A DNA stretch of 64,000 nt from Carcharhinus amblyrhynchos (Eukaryota). Below are positions 52,078 to 64,000 of this stretch, one piece after another. A program made the position numbers and the translations under genes. The notes beneath the pieces were generated by a model. It saw only the letters and a program-made list of their open reading frames with translations. It had not been told where the DNA came from and did no database searches. The stretch covers positions 20,956,001 to 21,020,000 of the forward strand of contig OZ336897.1 in assembly GCA_965287045.1 (NCBI GenBank). The letters run 5' to 3'. Numbering within the stretch: the stretch's first letter is position 1; the number at the start of each line of letters is the position of its first letter.

Positions 52078-52720
52078 TGTTCAGGTGTGCGTGTGCGTTC
52101 AGGTGTGCGTGTGCGTTCAGGTGCGCGTGTGCGTTCAGGTGCGCGTGTGCGTTCAGGTGCGCGTGTGCGTTCAGGTGCGCGTGTGCGTTCAGGTGCGCGT
52201 GTGCGTTCAGGTGCGCGCGCGTTCAGGTGTGTGTGTCTGAGTGCGCGCGCGCGCTCAGGTGTGTGCGTTCAGGCGTGCGCGCGCGCGCGTTCAGGCGTGT
52301 GTGTCTGCGTGCGCGTTCAGGTGCGCGTGTCTGCGTGCGCGTGTCTGCGTGCGCGCGTTCAGGTGCGCGCGTCTGCGCGCGCGCGCGCGTTCNNNNNNNN
52401 NNNNNNNNNNNNNNNNNNNNNNNNNNNNNNNNNNNNNNNNNNNNNNNNNNNNNNNNNNNNNNNNNNNNNNNNNNNNNNNNNNNNNNNNNNNNNNNNNNNN
52501 NNNNNNNNNNNNNNNNNNNNNNNNNNNNNNNNNNNNNNNNNNNNNNNNNNNNNNNNNNNNNNNNNNNNNNNNNNNNNNNNNNNNNNNNNNNNNNNNNNNN
52601 NNNNNNNNNNNNNNNNNNNNNNNCAGGTGTGTGTGTGTGTTCAGGTGTGTGTGTGTCTGTGTGTTCAGGTGTGTGTGTGTGTGTGTGTTTGTGTACACGT
52701 TTGTGTGTCTTCTGTGTGTG
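52078..52720. repeat. 18-bp-unit minisatellite (GTTCAGGTGCGCGTGTGC) decaying into (GT)n, spanning an assembly gap
   Basis: CAGGTG recurs at 18-bp spacing from 52082 to 52208, then irregularly; the same motif resumes at 52624 after the N run. Confidence 0.95.
52393..52623. other. Assembly gap, 231 N
   Basis: Run of N. Confidence 1.
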
Positions 52721-53339
52721 TTTGCAAGAGAGGAAGGGGAGAGGAAAGAGTGGTGTTGCTGGGAGTCTTTCAATCTACCCTCAACAGTTATATGTTCTTG
52801 AAACAAGATGCTAACTCAAATCAAGATAAAAGCACACAGTCCTTAAATCCCAACCTGCTACAAGATCCAACACAACAAAATTCTTGTTTGAATGACTTGT
52901 CAAAAATCGGATGACAATCTTCTTGTCAGTCACTGCCAGGGATACAGCCAGCACTTCTGGTTTCAAGCAAATTTTCTTCATATATTACATCAACTAATGT
53001 TGAAATGTCACATCCAGCTTCAAGAATATGTCTGCAGGAGACCTGCTTTTGAACATTGCTTTTTTCCACTAGATGTTTAAACCACTGCCAAAAAATGTAG
53101 ATATCTCAAAGGCCAATATTTATTTAGTCTTTTAACAGGTTTTCACCAAACTTAGTTTTTTTTACAAAAGTTGCACAAATAATGCCACCCCACAAAAAAA
53201 AACCAAATAACCAATGCCTACCATGGATTTTACCAGGGTCACTTGGCTCCAGAACTCAGCTATGGTCCACCCATGGGTAAAATCAACGAAATCCAAATCT
53301 GAGAATCCCAAAGGTGAGATGTGTGGCTACCCTTAATAT

Positions 53340-54330
53340 CAAGGCAATATTTTATGGATTGTGACCTCAAGGACTGAAGTCAATAGGAATCAAGTAACTG
53401 TTTCTCCAAAGGCTGGAGTCATATCTAACCCAATGATTAGTGGCAGCCAACCATCTCAGCTCCAGTACATAGCTGGAGGAATCAGTCACAGCAGGGCCCT
53501 GGGCCTAGCCATCTTTAACTGCTCCATAAATGTCCTTCTCTCGATCATCAAGTTAGAAGGCAGAATATTCACGGATTAACACAGCATTCAGTTCCATTCA
53601 CAACTTTTCAGACTATGAGGCAAACTATGTCTCTAAGCAGGAAAAATTACACAACATTCAGGCTTGGACTGATAAAGGACAACTAAGAACTGGGCCATAA
53701 AATTGCAATGCAATGACTATTGTCGCCAAACAAGTCCAACCACACAAGAAGGCAGAGGCTGAATATTCCTGGGGCAAATAACTCCGCTCAAATCTCCAAC
53801 ACCTTTCCCCCCATCTACAAGACATCAGTCAGGAGTGTGATGGAATACGTCCCACTTGCTTATTGCAGTTTCAATAATATTTAAGAAGTTCAACACCATC
53901 CAGGACATAGCAGCCTGCTTGATTAGCATTCCATCACAAGCCAAAACAATGTGCCTCAACCACAGAAGCACAGTTGCTGCAACATATACCATCTACAAAG
54001 TGTCCTGCGCCATCAACTACTCTGAAATAGAACCTTCCAAACCCACAACCTCCACCATTTGGATAGACAGGCGAGTGCTTGCCTGAATCACCACCACTTC
54101 CAAATTCCCTTCCAAGTCACAGAACATATTGACTTGGAAATGTACCGTCATTCCTTCTTTACAATTGGGCTCAAATCCTGAAACTCCCTTCCCAAAAAGG
54201 GCCTATAACACAGACTGCAGTGGTCCAAGAAGGGACCTCAGCATCGCCTCAAGGTCAATCATGGATGAACAATTAATACTGGCTGTGCCAGCAATGCTCA
54301 CAGCCCACCAACAAATCAAGAAAGCTAAAA
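53340..54330 (+). mobile_element. Degraded CR1/L2-clade LINE, second family
   Basis: RT-region remnants (cagggccctgggcctagccatctttaactgctccataaatg; gtcaggagtgtgatggaatac) and tail ctggctgtgccagcaatgctcaca. Confidence 0.65.
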
Positions 54331-55716
54331 TACCCAGTTTCACATTTGCTGATGAAACAATGCTCACATTTCCCTTCAAAATGTTTTGAAACCAATTATG
54401 ACACTGAACTGTAATAAATAAAATGTAAATTACTAACCCTATTTTTAGGCAATGCAAATTTTCCTGGCCTAGGGAATAATGATTGGAAGCTTTGTGTTTG
54501 TTCTGTTTATCAAGTAGCTATTCAGCCTCTAGTGGGCCAAGTGCTTATGCAAGCACGTCTTTTAACAGAGTCTGCAGCTGCAGTCAGGGCTTCCAGGTAG
54601 GCTGCAGGTTTTATACACAGCTGCCCACAGCTACGTTAACTACTGCAGTCCCATCTGCAACCAAGGTCATAATTTCCAGCATCAGGCTTAGTTTAAACAA
54701 AGACAATTCTTGCTGGATATCTCGTAAAAATTCAACGAATGCAGAGCAAAATGTGTCTTCATTTCCTTCAGCTTCTGTTACATGCCATGCATCGACTAGT
54801 CCATTCAGCATACATTCATCCAAGTACACCTGCATTCTTGTGTTAAGTGAAGCGCTGACAAATAAAAATCTTACAACCCTTTGCAAAACAAAGAAATCCT
54901 GCAAGTCAGTATCACTTTCTCTTTCACTCTTGCCTTTTTCACTAACAACTAAGCTTCCCTGGGCACCTCATGGTTTTTTTTAAACTTCATAGTCATTTAC
55001 AACTTTGTTGTTTTAAAGAATAAAGCACATTTAATGCTACAGAACACCCTGAAAGCAATAGATTATCAGAGCTATTAATGATTTTTTAACCAAACCCCAC
55101 CAACCTTTATTCTTCAAAGCATTTTATTCTCAAAGGATAAATTTCAGTGCAAAGAGGGATCAACAAACGAGTTGCTTGAAAGCCTTTCTGATGTAAGCCT
55201 GAAGTTAGGAAAGGCTTAATGAAGGCTTTAAAATCCACTAGGGCTTCACAATGAACATCTGACTTGGTGATTTATGCATATTAATAACCTCAGCCTACTG
55301 AGGCAATCTGAGTTGTACATGTCCTCAGAATCTTAATGTCTTCAGCTCCACTGGGATTATTACAAATGTAAATTTCTAAGATTCTGAGCTATTAATCTCT
55401 GTCTGTCCTCCTGTTCAGCAACATAATGACTAATTAAACATCAAAAGACCTGTACAGGCGATCTTCTTTGACAGCTTCTGTCCTAGATTCACTCCCAAGA
55501 GGGGACTCAAATGGCTGGGACAAGGGGCAAGATTGTACAAATAAGCCACATATCATCATTACTAAATCTAGCAACTAGACATTTGCTATCAATTTAAACA
55601 TTTCAAATTATTTCATTACCACTTTTCATTGTCATGTTCAAGGCATAAAATTCACAGAAACATTTAATCAAAAAGACAACATTATAGCACACATCCTGGC
55701 AGAAAACTATACTCAC

Positions 55717-55769
55717 AGATGAAGGCAAACCAGGAGGCACCTTTCTTACTTTCTTTGTCTGAGAGGGAT
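55717..55769 (-). CDS. TCF12: TCF12/HEB coding exon (equivalent of exon 8), 53 bp, second half of the NLS
   Basis: Acceptor gtgcAG, donor GTgagt. Translates (D)PSQTKKVRKVPPGLPSS, the E-protein KKVRKVPPGLPSS motif. Ends in phase 0. Confidence 0.97.
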
Positions 55770-57009
55770 CTGCACAGGATGAAATGTAAATTGTGATTGT
55801 GTAGTACTTTTTAAACAAAAAGAAAATAACTTATTTCCATTAATAATATTAACACTTTGGACATTGTCACATGCAAGAGCCTTGTACAGCCTTTTAACAT
55901 GGAAAATCATTCCAAGACATTTTTTAGAGACATGAGAATGGATACTTAGCTAAAATAGCAAAGTTTTATTGGTTGACTACAATGCATGACAGATTTCAAT
56001 ATATTGGAGGGTCTTAAAGGGGAGTGTATAAAAACGTCAGGAGGGAATTTTTAGCAGAGGAAAAGGGTGGATTCCACAAGAACCAAGCAGAATGAAAAGA
56101 GTATTTGGATGGCAGAACTTGTTCAAAGATAGTAAAGAGTTAAACAATGGGGAAGAATTTTAAATTTGGGGCATGGAAGGCCTGGAGCTCGTGTGATTAA
56201 GCAACCATCTACAGCCTCGCCTAAAACTCACAGGAGATTGGCCAATGCAGCCTTGTAGAACATAGTCATTTATCCCCCTCACCCATCACATTTCCTGAAA
56301 TGAAAAAAAATGTTGAAGGATACAGAACTGGCTCTTAGACATTTAGAAGGAAGAAGAAAATAAGTAATAACGGAGATGGAAGTGGGTGCAAGCAGGAGCC
56401 TGCAAAAAAACTGACACCAAAGTTTTGGCACCAACAGTGCAGGAGAATTGACACCAACCAAGGAATGCTGGCTAGCAGAAAAGGCAGCTACCCCACAGTT
56501 GGATGATGTTTCAGGCGCAGCTGATAATGCTGAGCAGGAGGAGGCTGTTTTAGCATCAAAGAGGTCAGAGATAGGGGTCCTTACTGACCTGAAAGAGAGT
56601 AGAGGTGAAGAACCACTAGGTGTTCAATTGAAAACTCAATTATTGAGTCATGAGGACGGACTGGGAGTCAGAATGGAACAAGCAACAAATCTGGAAGGGA
56701 AAACAGGCAACCAAAAGGACTGTTTTAAATCAGGCTAAGAGAATGAACCTTCAGCAAGTGCTAAGTGTTGACACAAAAAAGTTCATTGCAAAATAAAGAG
56801 GGCAGGGACAAGCAACAAGGGGAAAATGGGCAAGATGGATGGAGTGGAGATGATTATCCTCACATACACCTCAAGAATTCACTGGCTATGTTTTTGAGTG
56901 ATGAACTTAACGATATCAGATAATGCAAATGGGCTTGGATCGAAACAGCAGGGGTGGGAACAGGACGCAGAAGGAGAAGTTGAAATGCAGTTACTCCAAC
57001 AGTTTAAGG

Positions 57010-57345
57010 AGGGCGGGCGAGCGCGCGAGAGAGGGGGGGGGGGGGCGGGCGGGCGCGCGAGGGGGGGCGGGCGCGCGAGGGGGGGCGGGCGCGCGAGGGG
57101 GGGGCGGGCGCGCGAGGGGGGGGCGGGCGCGCGAGGGGGGGGCGGGCGCGCGAGGGGGGGCGGGCGCGAGAGGGAGGGCGGGCGCGAGAGGGAGGGCGAG
57201 CGCGAGAGAGGGGGCGGGCGCGAGAGGGAGGGCGGGCGCGAGAGGGAGGGCGAGCGCGAGAGAGAGAAAGAGAAAGAGAAAGAAAGGAAAGAGAAAGAGA
57301 AAAAAGAGAAAGAGAGAAAAAAATGAGGGGGAGAAAAAGAGAGCG
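57010..57345. repeat. GC-rich tandem repeat (GCGGGCGCGCGAGGGGGG)n followed by a polypurine (GA)-rich tract
   Basis: Direct inspection; accounts for the low-complexity ORFs between 56898 and 57417. Confidence 0.95.
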
Positions 57346-57569
57346 TGAGTGGTATTGACTGTTCTGTGATGCAACTCCAAATATCCCAAATCCTTTAACA
57401 CTCTTGGTTAGAAGCAAGCTATCATTCTCATCTGGATTCTAATTGATCTCGCACCATTGTCTGGTGATGGGAAAGGGCTTCAAACTTCTACCACCCAATG
57501 TGTGAAGAAGTATTTCCTAATTTTCCCCAGCATTCCATTGACCTTTTTTGATTTCCTATACCCATTTCT

Positions 57570-57870
57570 GATGCTGCTTCACAGCTCCAGGGTCCTGGGT
57601 TTGAATCTCAGTTCGGGTCACTGTCAATGTGGAGTTTGCACATTCTCTCAGTCTGTTTGGCGCTCCAGTTTCCTCCCACAGTCCAAAGATGTGCGGGCTA
57701 GGTTGACTGACCATTCTAAATTGCCCTTAGTGTGCTGGGATGCAGAGATTAGAGGGATTAGTGAGTAAATATGTTGGCATATGGGGATAGGGCCCGGGTG
57801 GGATTGTGGTTGGTGCAGACTCTATGGGCCGAATGGCCTCTTTCTGCACTGTAGGATTCGATTTCTATGA
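57570..57870 (+). mobile_element. HE1-like V-SINE, CR1-type tail
   Basis: tgctgcttcacagctccaggg...gtcactgtcaatgtggagtttgcac...gggccgaatggcctctttctgcactgtaggatt. Confidence 0.88.
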
Positions 57871-57879
57871 GTTGTATAC

Positions 57880-58780
57880 TGCCAATTAGAGTCCCCATAA
57901 TCCTTACTCTACCTCCTGCCACTCAACCAAATTTCTAACCAGGCCAATAATTCATCATCAATTTCATGAATTTCAACTTTAGCAAAGTCTCTTATGAGGG
58001 ACTTCATCAAATGCCTGCTGGAAGTCCAGACAGTTAACATGCACAGACATTTCTTGGTCAACCACGTCAGTCACTTTTTCAAATAAAAAGCTCAGTTTCA
58101 TCAAGCATCATGAACTTTTTCCATGCTGGCTCCCACTGATCAATTTCAGAGCTTCAGCCACCCTATACTTAATGATACTGTAGTAATTTCTCAAAATCAT
58201 TAGGTTCGTCTAGCTAGTCTAATTCCCTGGTTTCCCATTCTCACTTCCTTTAAATCATGGAGTGAAATGTGCAATTGTACAATGTAAAGAAATTTTGGAA
58301 GATGAAATTTAGGGCTTCTGCAATGTTTTCATCCACTTCCTTTAAATTCCCTGGAAATCATCTGGTTCTGGGAAATTTTCCCACTCTCTAGGATCTGTGT
58401 TATCTTTTGCTCTGCTTTTTCTTTTAGTTAACCCCTTATTGCTTCAGTTGTCCATGGTTTTTTCTGCCACATGGAGTTTTTGCCCTTTAGAGGAAAACTG
58501 GTTCTGTATCATGTAAAGTTAATTCTTGAACATCTCCCACAGATCTTGTGTGTCATTTTACTGGTCAACAGATTTGCCAACTTTACTGTGGGCAGCCTCA
58601 GATTCACTGCACCAAAGTCATTTTGAACCTTAACAGCTATTTCACATTTCTTTCTTTTAAACACAACAGATATCAATCATATCATGATTATCATTAGATA
58701 AATGCTTACAGTTAGATTGTTAAGGAAATTGGACTCATTACGTTACTAAATATAATATAGTCTGGCCAGTTGTTGACTCA
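57880..58780 (-). mobile_element. Highly degraded CR1 LINE
   Basis: Reversed RT motif tcaaatgcctgctggaagtccagaca (LDFQQAFD) at about 58007-58032; further CR1-like remnants flank it. Confidence 0.55.
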
Positions 58781-58799
58781 AGGGCATCCTTTGCCCTTT

Positions 58800-59050
58800 T
58801 AGAGCACAGATTGAGCTTTTTTTTCCCCTCAGAGGGTTGAAATGACATCCTACCTCAGAGGAAAATGGATGGGCAGTCAGTCAATATTGTTGAGTTAGAG
58901 GTGGATTGATTCCTTTGCCTAACAAGAATCTACGGCTATCAGGGATTGACAGGCATGTGGAATTCAAAACACAAATAGATCAGCCATGATCTTATCGAAT
59001 GGCAGAGCAGGCTTGAAGGCCCAAATGGCCAACTTCTACACCTGTTTCTA
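58800..59050 (+). mobile_element. CR1 3' end fragment
   Basis: agatcagccatgatcttatcgaatggcagagcaggcttgaaggcccaaatggcc tail. Confidence 0.75.
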
Positions 59051-59284
59051 ATGTTGCAGGAAACTACTCCAGACACAAAATAAATTGACTAATTCTTGAC
59101 GTGCTTGAATCTATTCACAATTTACATGAATGCCAAAACCTGCACGAAAACATGCACTTTACGACATGCTTGCCCATTCTCTCTATTTATACAATCTACA
59201 ACCTTAGACGCTGCTACCAGAGGCCTATACACAACTCACCGTGACAATAATAAACGTTCACGACTTCTTGGCATGACACCAAGT

Positions 59285-60215
59285 CTCCAATGCCTGTTTA
59301 CACAGCCCACGAGGCTGTGTTGTCAGCCCCCTACTTCACTCCTTATACACCCCTGACTTTGTGGCCAAATTCCCCTCCAATTCAATTTTAAAGTTTGCTG
59401 ACGACACCACCATAGTGGGTCAGATCTGAAACAATGATGAGACAGAGTATAGGAATGAGACAGAGAATCTGTTGAACTGGTGCAGCAACAATAATCTCTC
59501 CCTCAATGTCGACAAAACTAAGGAGATTCTCATTGACTTCAGGAAATGCAAAGAACATGCCCTGTCTATATCAACGGGAATGAAATAGAAAGCGTCAGGT
59601 TTTTAGGTGTCCAGATCACCAACACTGTACCCTGGTTCCCCCATGCCAACACTATTTTTAAGAAACCCCAGCAAAGCCATTACTTTCTCAATAGACTAAG
59701 GAAATTCGGCATGTCACCAGCTTTTACAGATGCACCATAGAAAGCATTCTTTCTGGTTGTATCACAGCTTGGTATCGTTCCTGCTCTGACCAAGACTGCA
59801 AGGAGCAACAAAAGGTCATGAATGTAGCCCAATCTATTGCGCATACCAGTCTCCCATCCATTAAATCTGTCTACTCTTCCTGCTGCCTCGGCAAAGCAGC
59901 CAGCATAATTAAGGACCCCGTGAACCCCGGACATTCTCTCTTCCACCTTCTTCCGTCGGGAAAAAAAATACAGAAGTCTGAGGTCATGTACCAACCAACT
60001 CGAGAACAGCTTCTTCACTGCTGCCGTCAGACTTTTGAATGGACTTACCTCACACTAAGTTGATCTTTCGCTACACCCTTGCTATGACAGTAGCACTATA
60101 TGTTACACTGTCTCAAAGCATTCTGTTCGTACAGAAGGAAATGTCTGTATTGCGTGCAAGAAACAGTACTTTTAAATCTGATAATACATGTGACAATAAT
60201 AAAGCAAATAAAATC
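59285..60215 (+). mobile_element. Rex1/Babar-like LINE, RT to 3' tail
   Basis: ggctgtgttgtcagccccctac (GCVxSPL), aagtttgctgacgacaccacc (KFADDTT), IIKDPVNPGHSLFHLLPSG, tail tgtgacaataataaagcaaat. Confidence 0.85.
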
Positions 60216-60229
60216 TCAGTATACATCTT

Positions 60230-60870
60230 TTCTTATCACTGAAATTATTTCATTCATAACCACAAAGGCAATTCCTCCCCACAACCATTTTCCCTATCTT
60301 TTCTGCAGACCTTATAATCTTGTATATTAAATTCTCAGTTGTGACCATCTTGCAACTATGTTTCAGTAACAGCTATCATGTCATATCATTTCAGTTGAAT
60401 CTGTAGCTGTAATTCTTCATCTAGTTTGTTCTTAATAAGCCAATAATCCAATGTTTCACTTACATTTCAGATTTCTCTTTGCTGGTTTAATTTAAACTTT
60501 TTGTTGATCCCTACCTATATTGCTCAAAATACAATTTCTGACTGTCAATCTGTTCTCTTCCTGTTGATTTGTTTATAAACCATTATTCATGCTACCTTTT
60601 CCACCAGAGTCTTCTCACCTACCCATTTACTTGTTTAAGAACTTACAACTATCCTATTTAACCTTTCCATTCTGAACCCGGTCTAGGTGGAGCCAATGAT
60701 TCAGTTCACTGTCCCAGTACTGGTGCCAGTGTTCAATGAAGCTCCACTCCCTTCCTTCAGCTACCTGCTTACTAACCTAACTGGTTAATGCCGGCATCAG
60801 CTTGCTTCTGTCAAGCAATAAACCCAGAGATTATAACCCTTCGGGTCCTATTCTTCAAGTTAGAGTCTCT
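60230..60870 (-). mobile_element. Degraded CR1 5' region (ORF1/endonuclease remnants)
   Basis: ctgtcccagtactggtgccagtg and accatcttgcaactatgtttcagtaacagctatc (reversed AVTET.L-like) resemble the CR1 ORF1/EN region. Confidence 0.45.
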
Positions 60871-61079
60871 GACTTCCCAGAAGCAACATCGAGGGAGAAA
60901 CAAATGATTTAAAATGAAGTGTGGATACTATGAAGAATGACCCAGGGACTAGATTAGGGAAGTAACCAGTTACATCATTCTATACATCCCTCAACTTGAA
61001 GACAATACCCAGCTCTTTCTGGTTTAGTTTCATTTTAAGATCCTAAATGGGTTCTCAAACTATAAATGTAAACACAAAC

Positions 61080-61215
61080 CAAGTGCTGATGTGTCGTGAA
61101 GCTGTCTTCTACGTGGATTTGTAGCGGTAAAAGGATAGTACACTGTTCCAGGTTTCCCTGAAGATGGTAGAGGTCCAGGACTGCCTATTTCCACGTCTGA
61201 TCGTAGAATGCTAGA
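61080..61215 (-). CDS. TCF12: TCF12/HEB coding exon (equivalent of human exon 7), 136 bp
   Basis: Acceptor ttgcAG, donor G|GTttgt. Translates [45 protein letters not shown](D), co-linear with HEB [46 protein letters not shown] (recalled). Ends in phase 1, matching the next exon. Confidence 0.95.
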
Positions 61216-61359
61216 CTGCAAAACAATGGAAAAAAATCAGTTAATTCTGCACCGAGTTATCCACCGAAGCGACAGATCTCAATTTTCAACCATGACTGAT
61301 CTGAAGGATTTCTCGTAAATAAACTGAAAAAATTTCCTCATTTTAGACAAATAAATAAT

Positions 61360-61568
61360 GGGCGGGATTTACTATGCAATCTGCCTCATGTTCCGTGGTG
61401 GTGAGAGATAGCCCAGCACTGGCCAGCATCAGGATCTTCTGGTTCCACTGCTGTCAATGGGGTTTCCTGGTGAATGAATCCCTTGCCACAAGGACACCTC
61501 GAGCAAGGTTGAGCTATTAGCAGGACTGGAAGATCTGGCTGAAGTGAGAAGCCAGGAAGTTGCAGCCG
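61360..61568. mobile_element. MITE-like element
   Basis: Starts gggcgggattt, ends aagttgcagcc; internal inverted pair gatcttctggttcc / ggactggaagatc. Confidence 0.45.
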
Positions 61569-62599
61569 TTAACTTTACCTTCAAGTATATGGCACTGTGA
61601 CACAGCAGTGCTAACCACTGTGCTGCTCCATGATAAAAGCAATTTTTAATTAATTAGATAAAAACTGAATTATGTCAATATCTAGTATATAAGAATCCTA
61701 ATGGTAAAGTAAAATGAAAATGCAAAAGCATTTCTAAATTTAGCAGACAATTCTCATACAGCTGTATTCTTGCTTAATCTAAAGATTAAAGTGCTGCAAC
61801 ATTAACCAAAGGTCAAAAATTGAGGCAAGGGTTGAACAATGATTTCATTAAATTTAAAAACATGAATTAGTCATGTTAAATGGCTTGGAGTTCTTTTTAA
61901 AACTAAGATCGCACACAGATAGAATTATAATCAAACTAAGCACAACTCACTGATCCTTTGTTTTAAACAGGATATAATCCGATAATGGGCACATAATGGG
62001 TAGCAACATGATGGAAATCCTGACAGTTGGATATCCTGTTTACGTACAGAATAAATTCCCAACTTTTTAAGTAATAGGCATGAGATTTTAACCTATCAAA
62101 ATGTTATCAGAAGCTTAACAAGATGTTTGGACTCATAACACCAACTTTCATTTAAAAAGTGGAGGAAATGCAGTGTTCCTATTTAGCAGCAGATGCTCAT
62201 TTCTTGTCATTACAAAAAGTCAGCCAAGTCAATTTTATTTTTATTGCCAATTTGATTATTCACTTGTATACTCAGTTTAAGATGAATATAAACTGGACAC
62301 AACACAAAAATACATTTTAGTTGAACACAGTGATGGTCTTTGACCCAGAAGCAGTAACAGGAACAAAATGTCATTACTTTAAAATGTTTGGGGAATCCAC
62401 AATTGTTTTAAAAATGTTTGAAAAGAACTTTTAAAAGATTGTATTTGCAAAGGGATCCATTATAATTTTTAGGTACCAAGAAATACTGATCCTTGTGACA
62501 TGGCAGTCTTTGAGCTGGAAGCAATGCCAGCCGGAAAGCAGTAAAAATATCAAGGCACACAGCAGACAGAAACAGAGGAGGGAGAAGGCAATCAACAAG

Positions 62600-62745
62600 T
62601 CATTTGATTTGCTTTATTATTGTCACATGTATTAACATAGAGTGAAAAATGTTGTTTCTTTTGTGCTATACAGACAAAACATACCATTCACAGAGAAGGA
62701 AATGAGAGAGTGCAGAATGCACCATTACAGTCAGAGCTAGGGTGT
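62600..62745 (-). mobile_element. Rex1-like LINE tail
   Basis: atttgatttgctttattattgtcacatgtattaac is the reverse complement of the tails at about 11070-11104 and 60180-60215. Confidence 0.8.
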
Positions 62746-64000
62746 TGCCTTGTCAACCAATGCTGAGACCTTCATGGCTCAAAGTTGTTCTCTAAAGCCA
62801 TCTGCAGACTCCCCAACTAAAGCTATGCTGCAGACAATGAGACATCACTGTTCAATAGCATAAGGGTAGCAAAGGCACATGGACAGAAGGCACAGAGGGA
62901 ATGCACAATGATGATTATTAGTTCATTTGTGTACAATGTGGCATGACTTCGTTGATCATTTGATTTGGGATGTCTATTTTGTGATGGCTTTTACTTTTCC
63001 GTTGTCACCAAGTGGACGCTATGATGTCAGTGACAGAGGAAAGGTAAGGAGTGCAGGACTGTTGATGAATGGGGAATTGAGAATATGGCTGCTGGTACTG
63101 CACTCAACTTCTTGCTTCAGCAGTTCTTCATAAACAACTGGGCAATTAGAGATTGTCTAGGCTGCTGCCTCCCTTCCTCGAGACTGCTGGTTCCCTTCCT
63201 TTAGATTGCCTCTTCATAACTGTGTAACAACTGTTCTGTTAGCAGGGCAGCATGCAGTTTTTGATCACAAAGTTATTGTTAAAAACGTTCATTAAAAATA
63301 TATAAATGCAGTTTTATGGTCAAAAGTAACCAACCATAGTGTTAAAATTATTATAGTTGAGGAGCAAAGCAGACTTTAGTCCAGGTTCTGTTTTTGAAAA
63401 AATTCTACTTCTTAACTCCAATCTGGAGAAATCTAACCAGATTTTAAAAAAACAATGAGTAATCAAATGACAAAAATTAGGTTGACTGGGATCCTCTCCA
63501 GTGTTTAGCCTTGAACAAGATTCTATTAAATCCATTGTACTAAACTGCACTGCTTCAAGTCTCAGCTAATGTGCTGAGTATTGATTTATTCGTTGAAAAA
63601 AGCCCAAAGCAACAAAAGAATGTAAAGAAAGAAACTAACAAATATCTGATTTCACAGCACCAACACTGATAGAAAAAAATTTGTAACTGAGCAACAAAAA
63701 CATCTGTAAAAATCACAATGCTTCAAAGCAATCTCTTGAAATTTTAATTATCATCTTTGACGCTAAAATGTCTTGCAGACTTGAGGAGATAATGACAGTC
63801 ATCCATCAACTGCATCCTGCCAGAGTAATCAGACTAATCTAGCCCACTGGAGAAAACGACAGCAACCTGGGGTACTGAGTAGTGAAGCACCACAACACAA
63901 TATGCAGATGCAAAATAGCTAACATTTGAGCTTAGCATTGTTTATGATGTACACCAACACAATGCTAATAAGCAACAAACAAGAAGAATAAAATCTAGTA

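Noticed and set aside
52077-52914. Long ORFs of 171-275 aa
   Set aside because: Translations of the minisatellite and the N gap.
56898-57417. Gly/Arg/Pro-rich ORFs on both strands
   Set aside because: Translations of the GC-rich tandem repeat.
61216-64000. Upstream TCF12 exon 6 equivalent
   Set aside because: No matching coding segment seen; presumably beyond the right edge.

Overview
Eukaryotic, AT-rich, repeat-dense genomic DNA, most likely from a cartilaginous fish (shark), judged from HE1-like V-SINEs, a Deu-domain SINE and CR1/Rex1/Penelope-type remnants. The window is the middle of one large minus-strand gene, the class I bHLH E-protein TCF12 (HEB). Eight GT-AG exons (equivalent to human exons 7-14 as I recall the numbering) total 792 nt and splice into one open 264-codon frame: [264 protein letters not shown]. 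The N-terminus and the bHLH exons lie outside the window. The 22-kb intron 8 holds an intact HEBAlt first exon (MYCAYTVPGMGSNSLMYYYNRKT) that the ORF track misses, a second candidate first exon, a CAGGTG E-box tandem array spanning a 231-N assembly gap, and a young CR1 LINE that kept its endonuclease but lost its RT. Other notable items are a nested CR1/SINE stack with readable target-site duplications, a 1.4-kb element with 186-bp inverted arms, a TTAA-flanked MITE, hammerhead-ribozyme-like relics, and V-SINEs with two alternative tails. Most ORFs in the supplied track are repeat-derived or spurious. Repeat family names come from recall, not a database search, and repeat boundaries are approximate unless stated.
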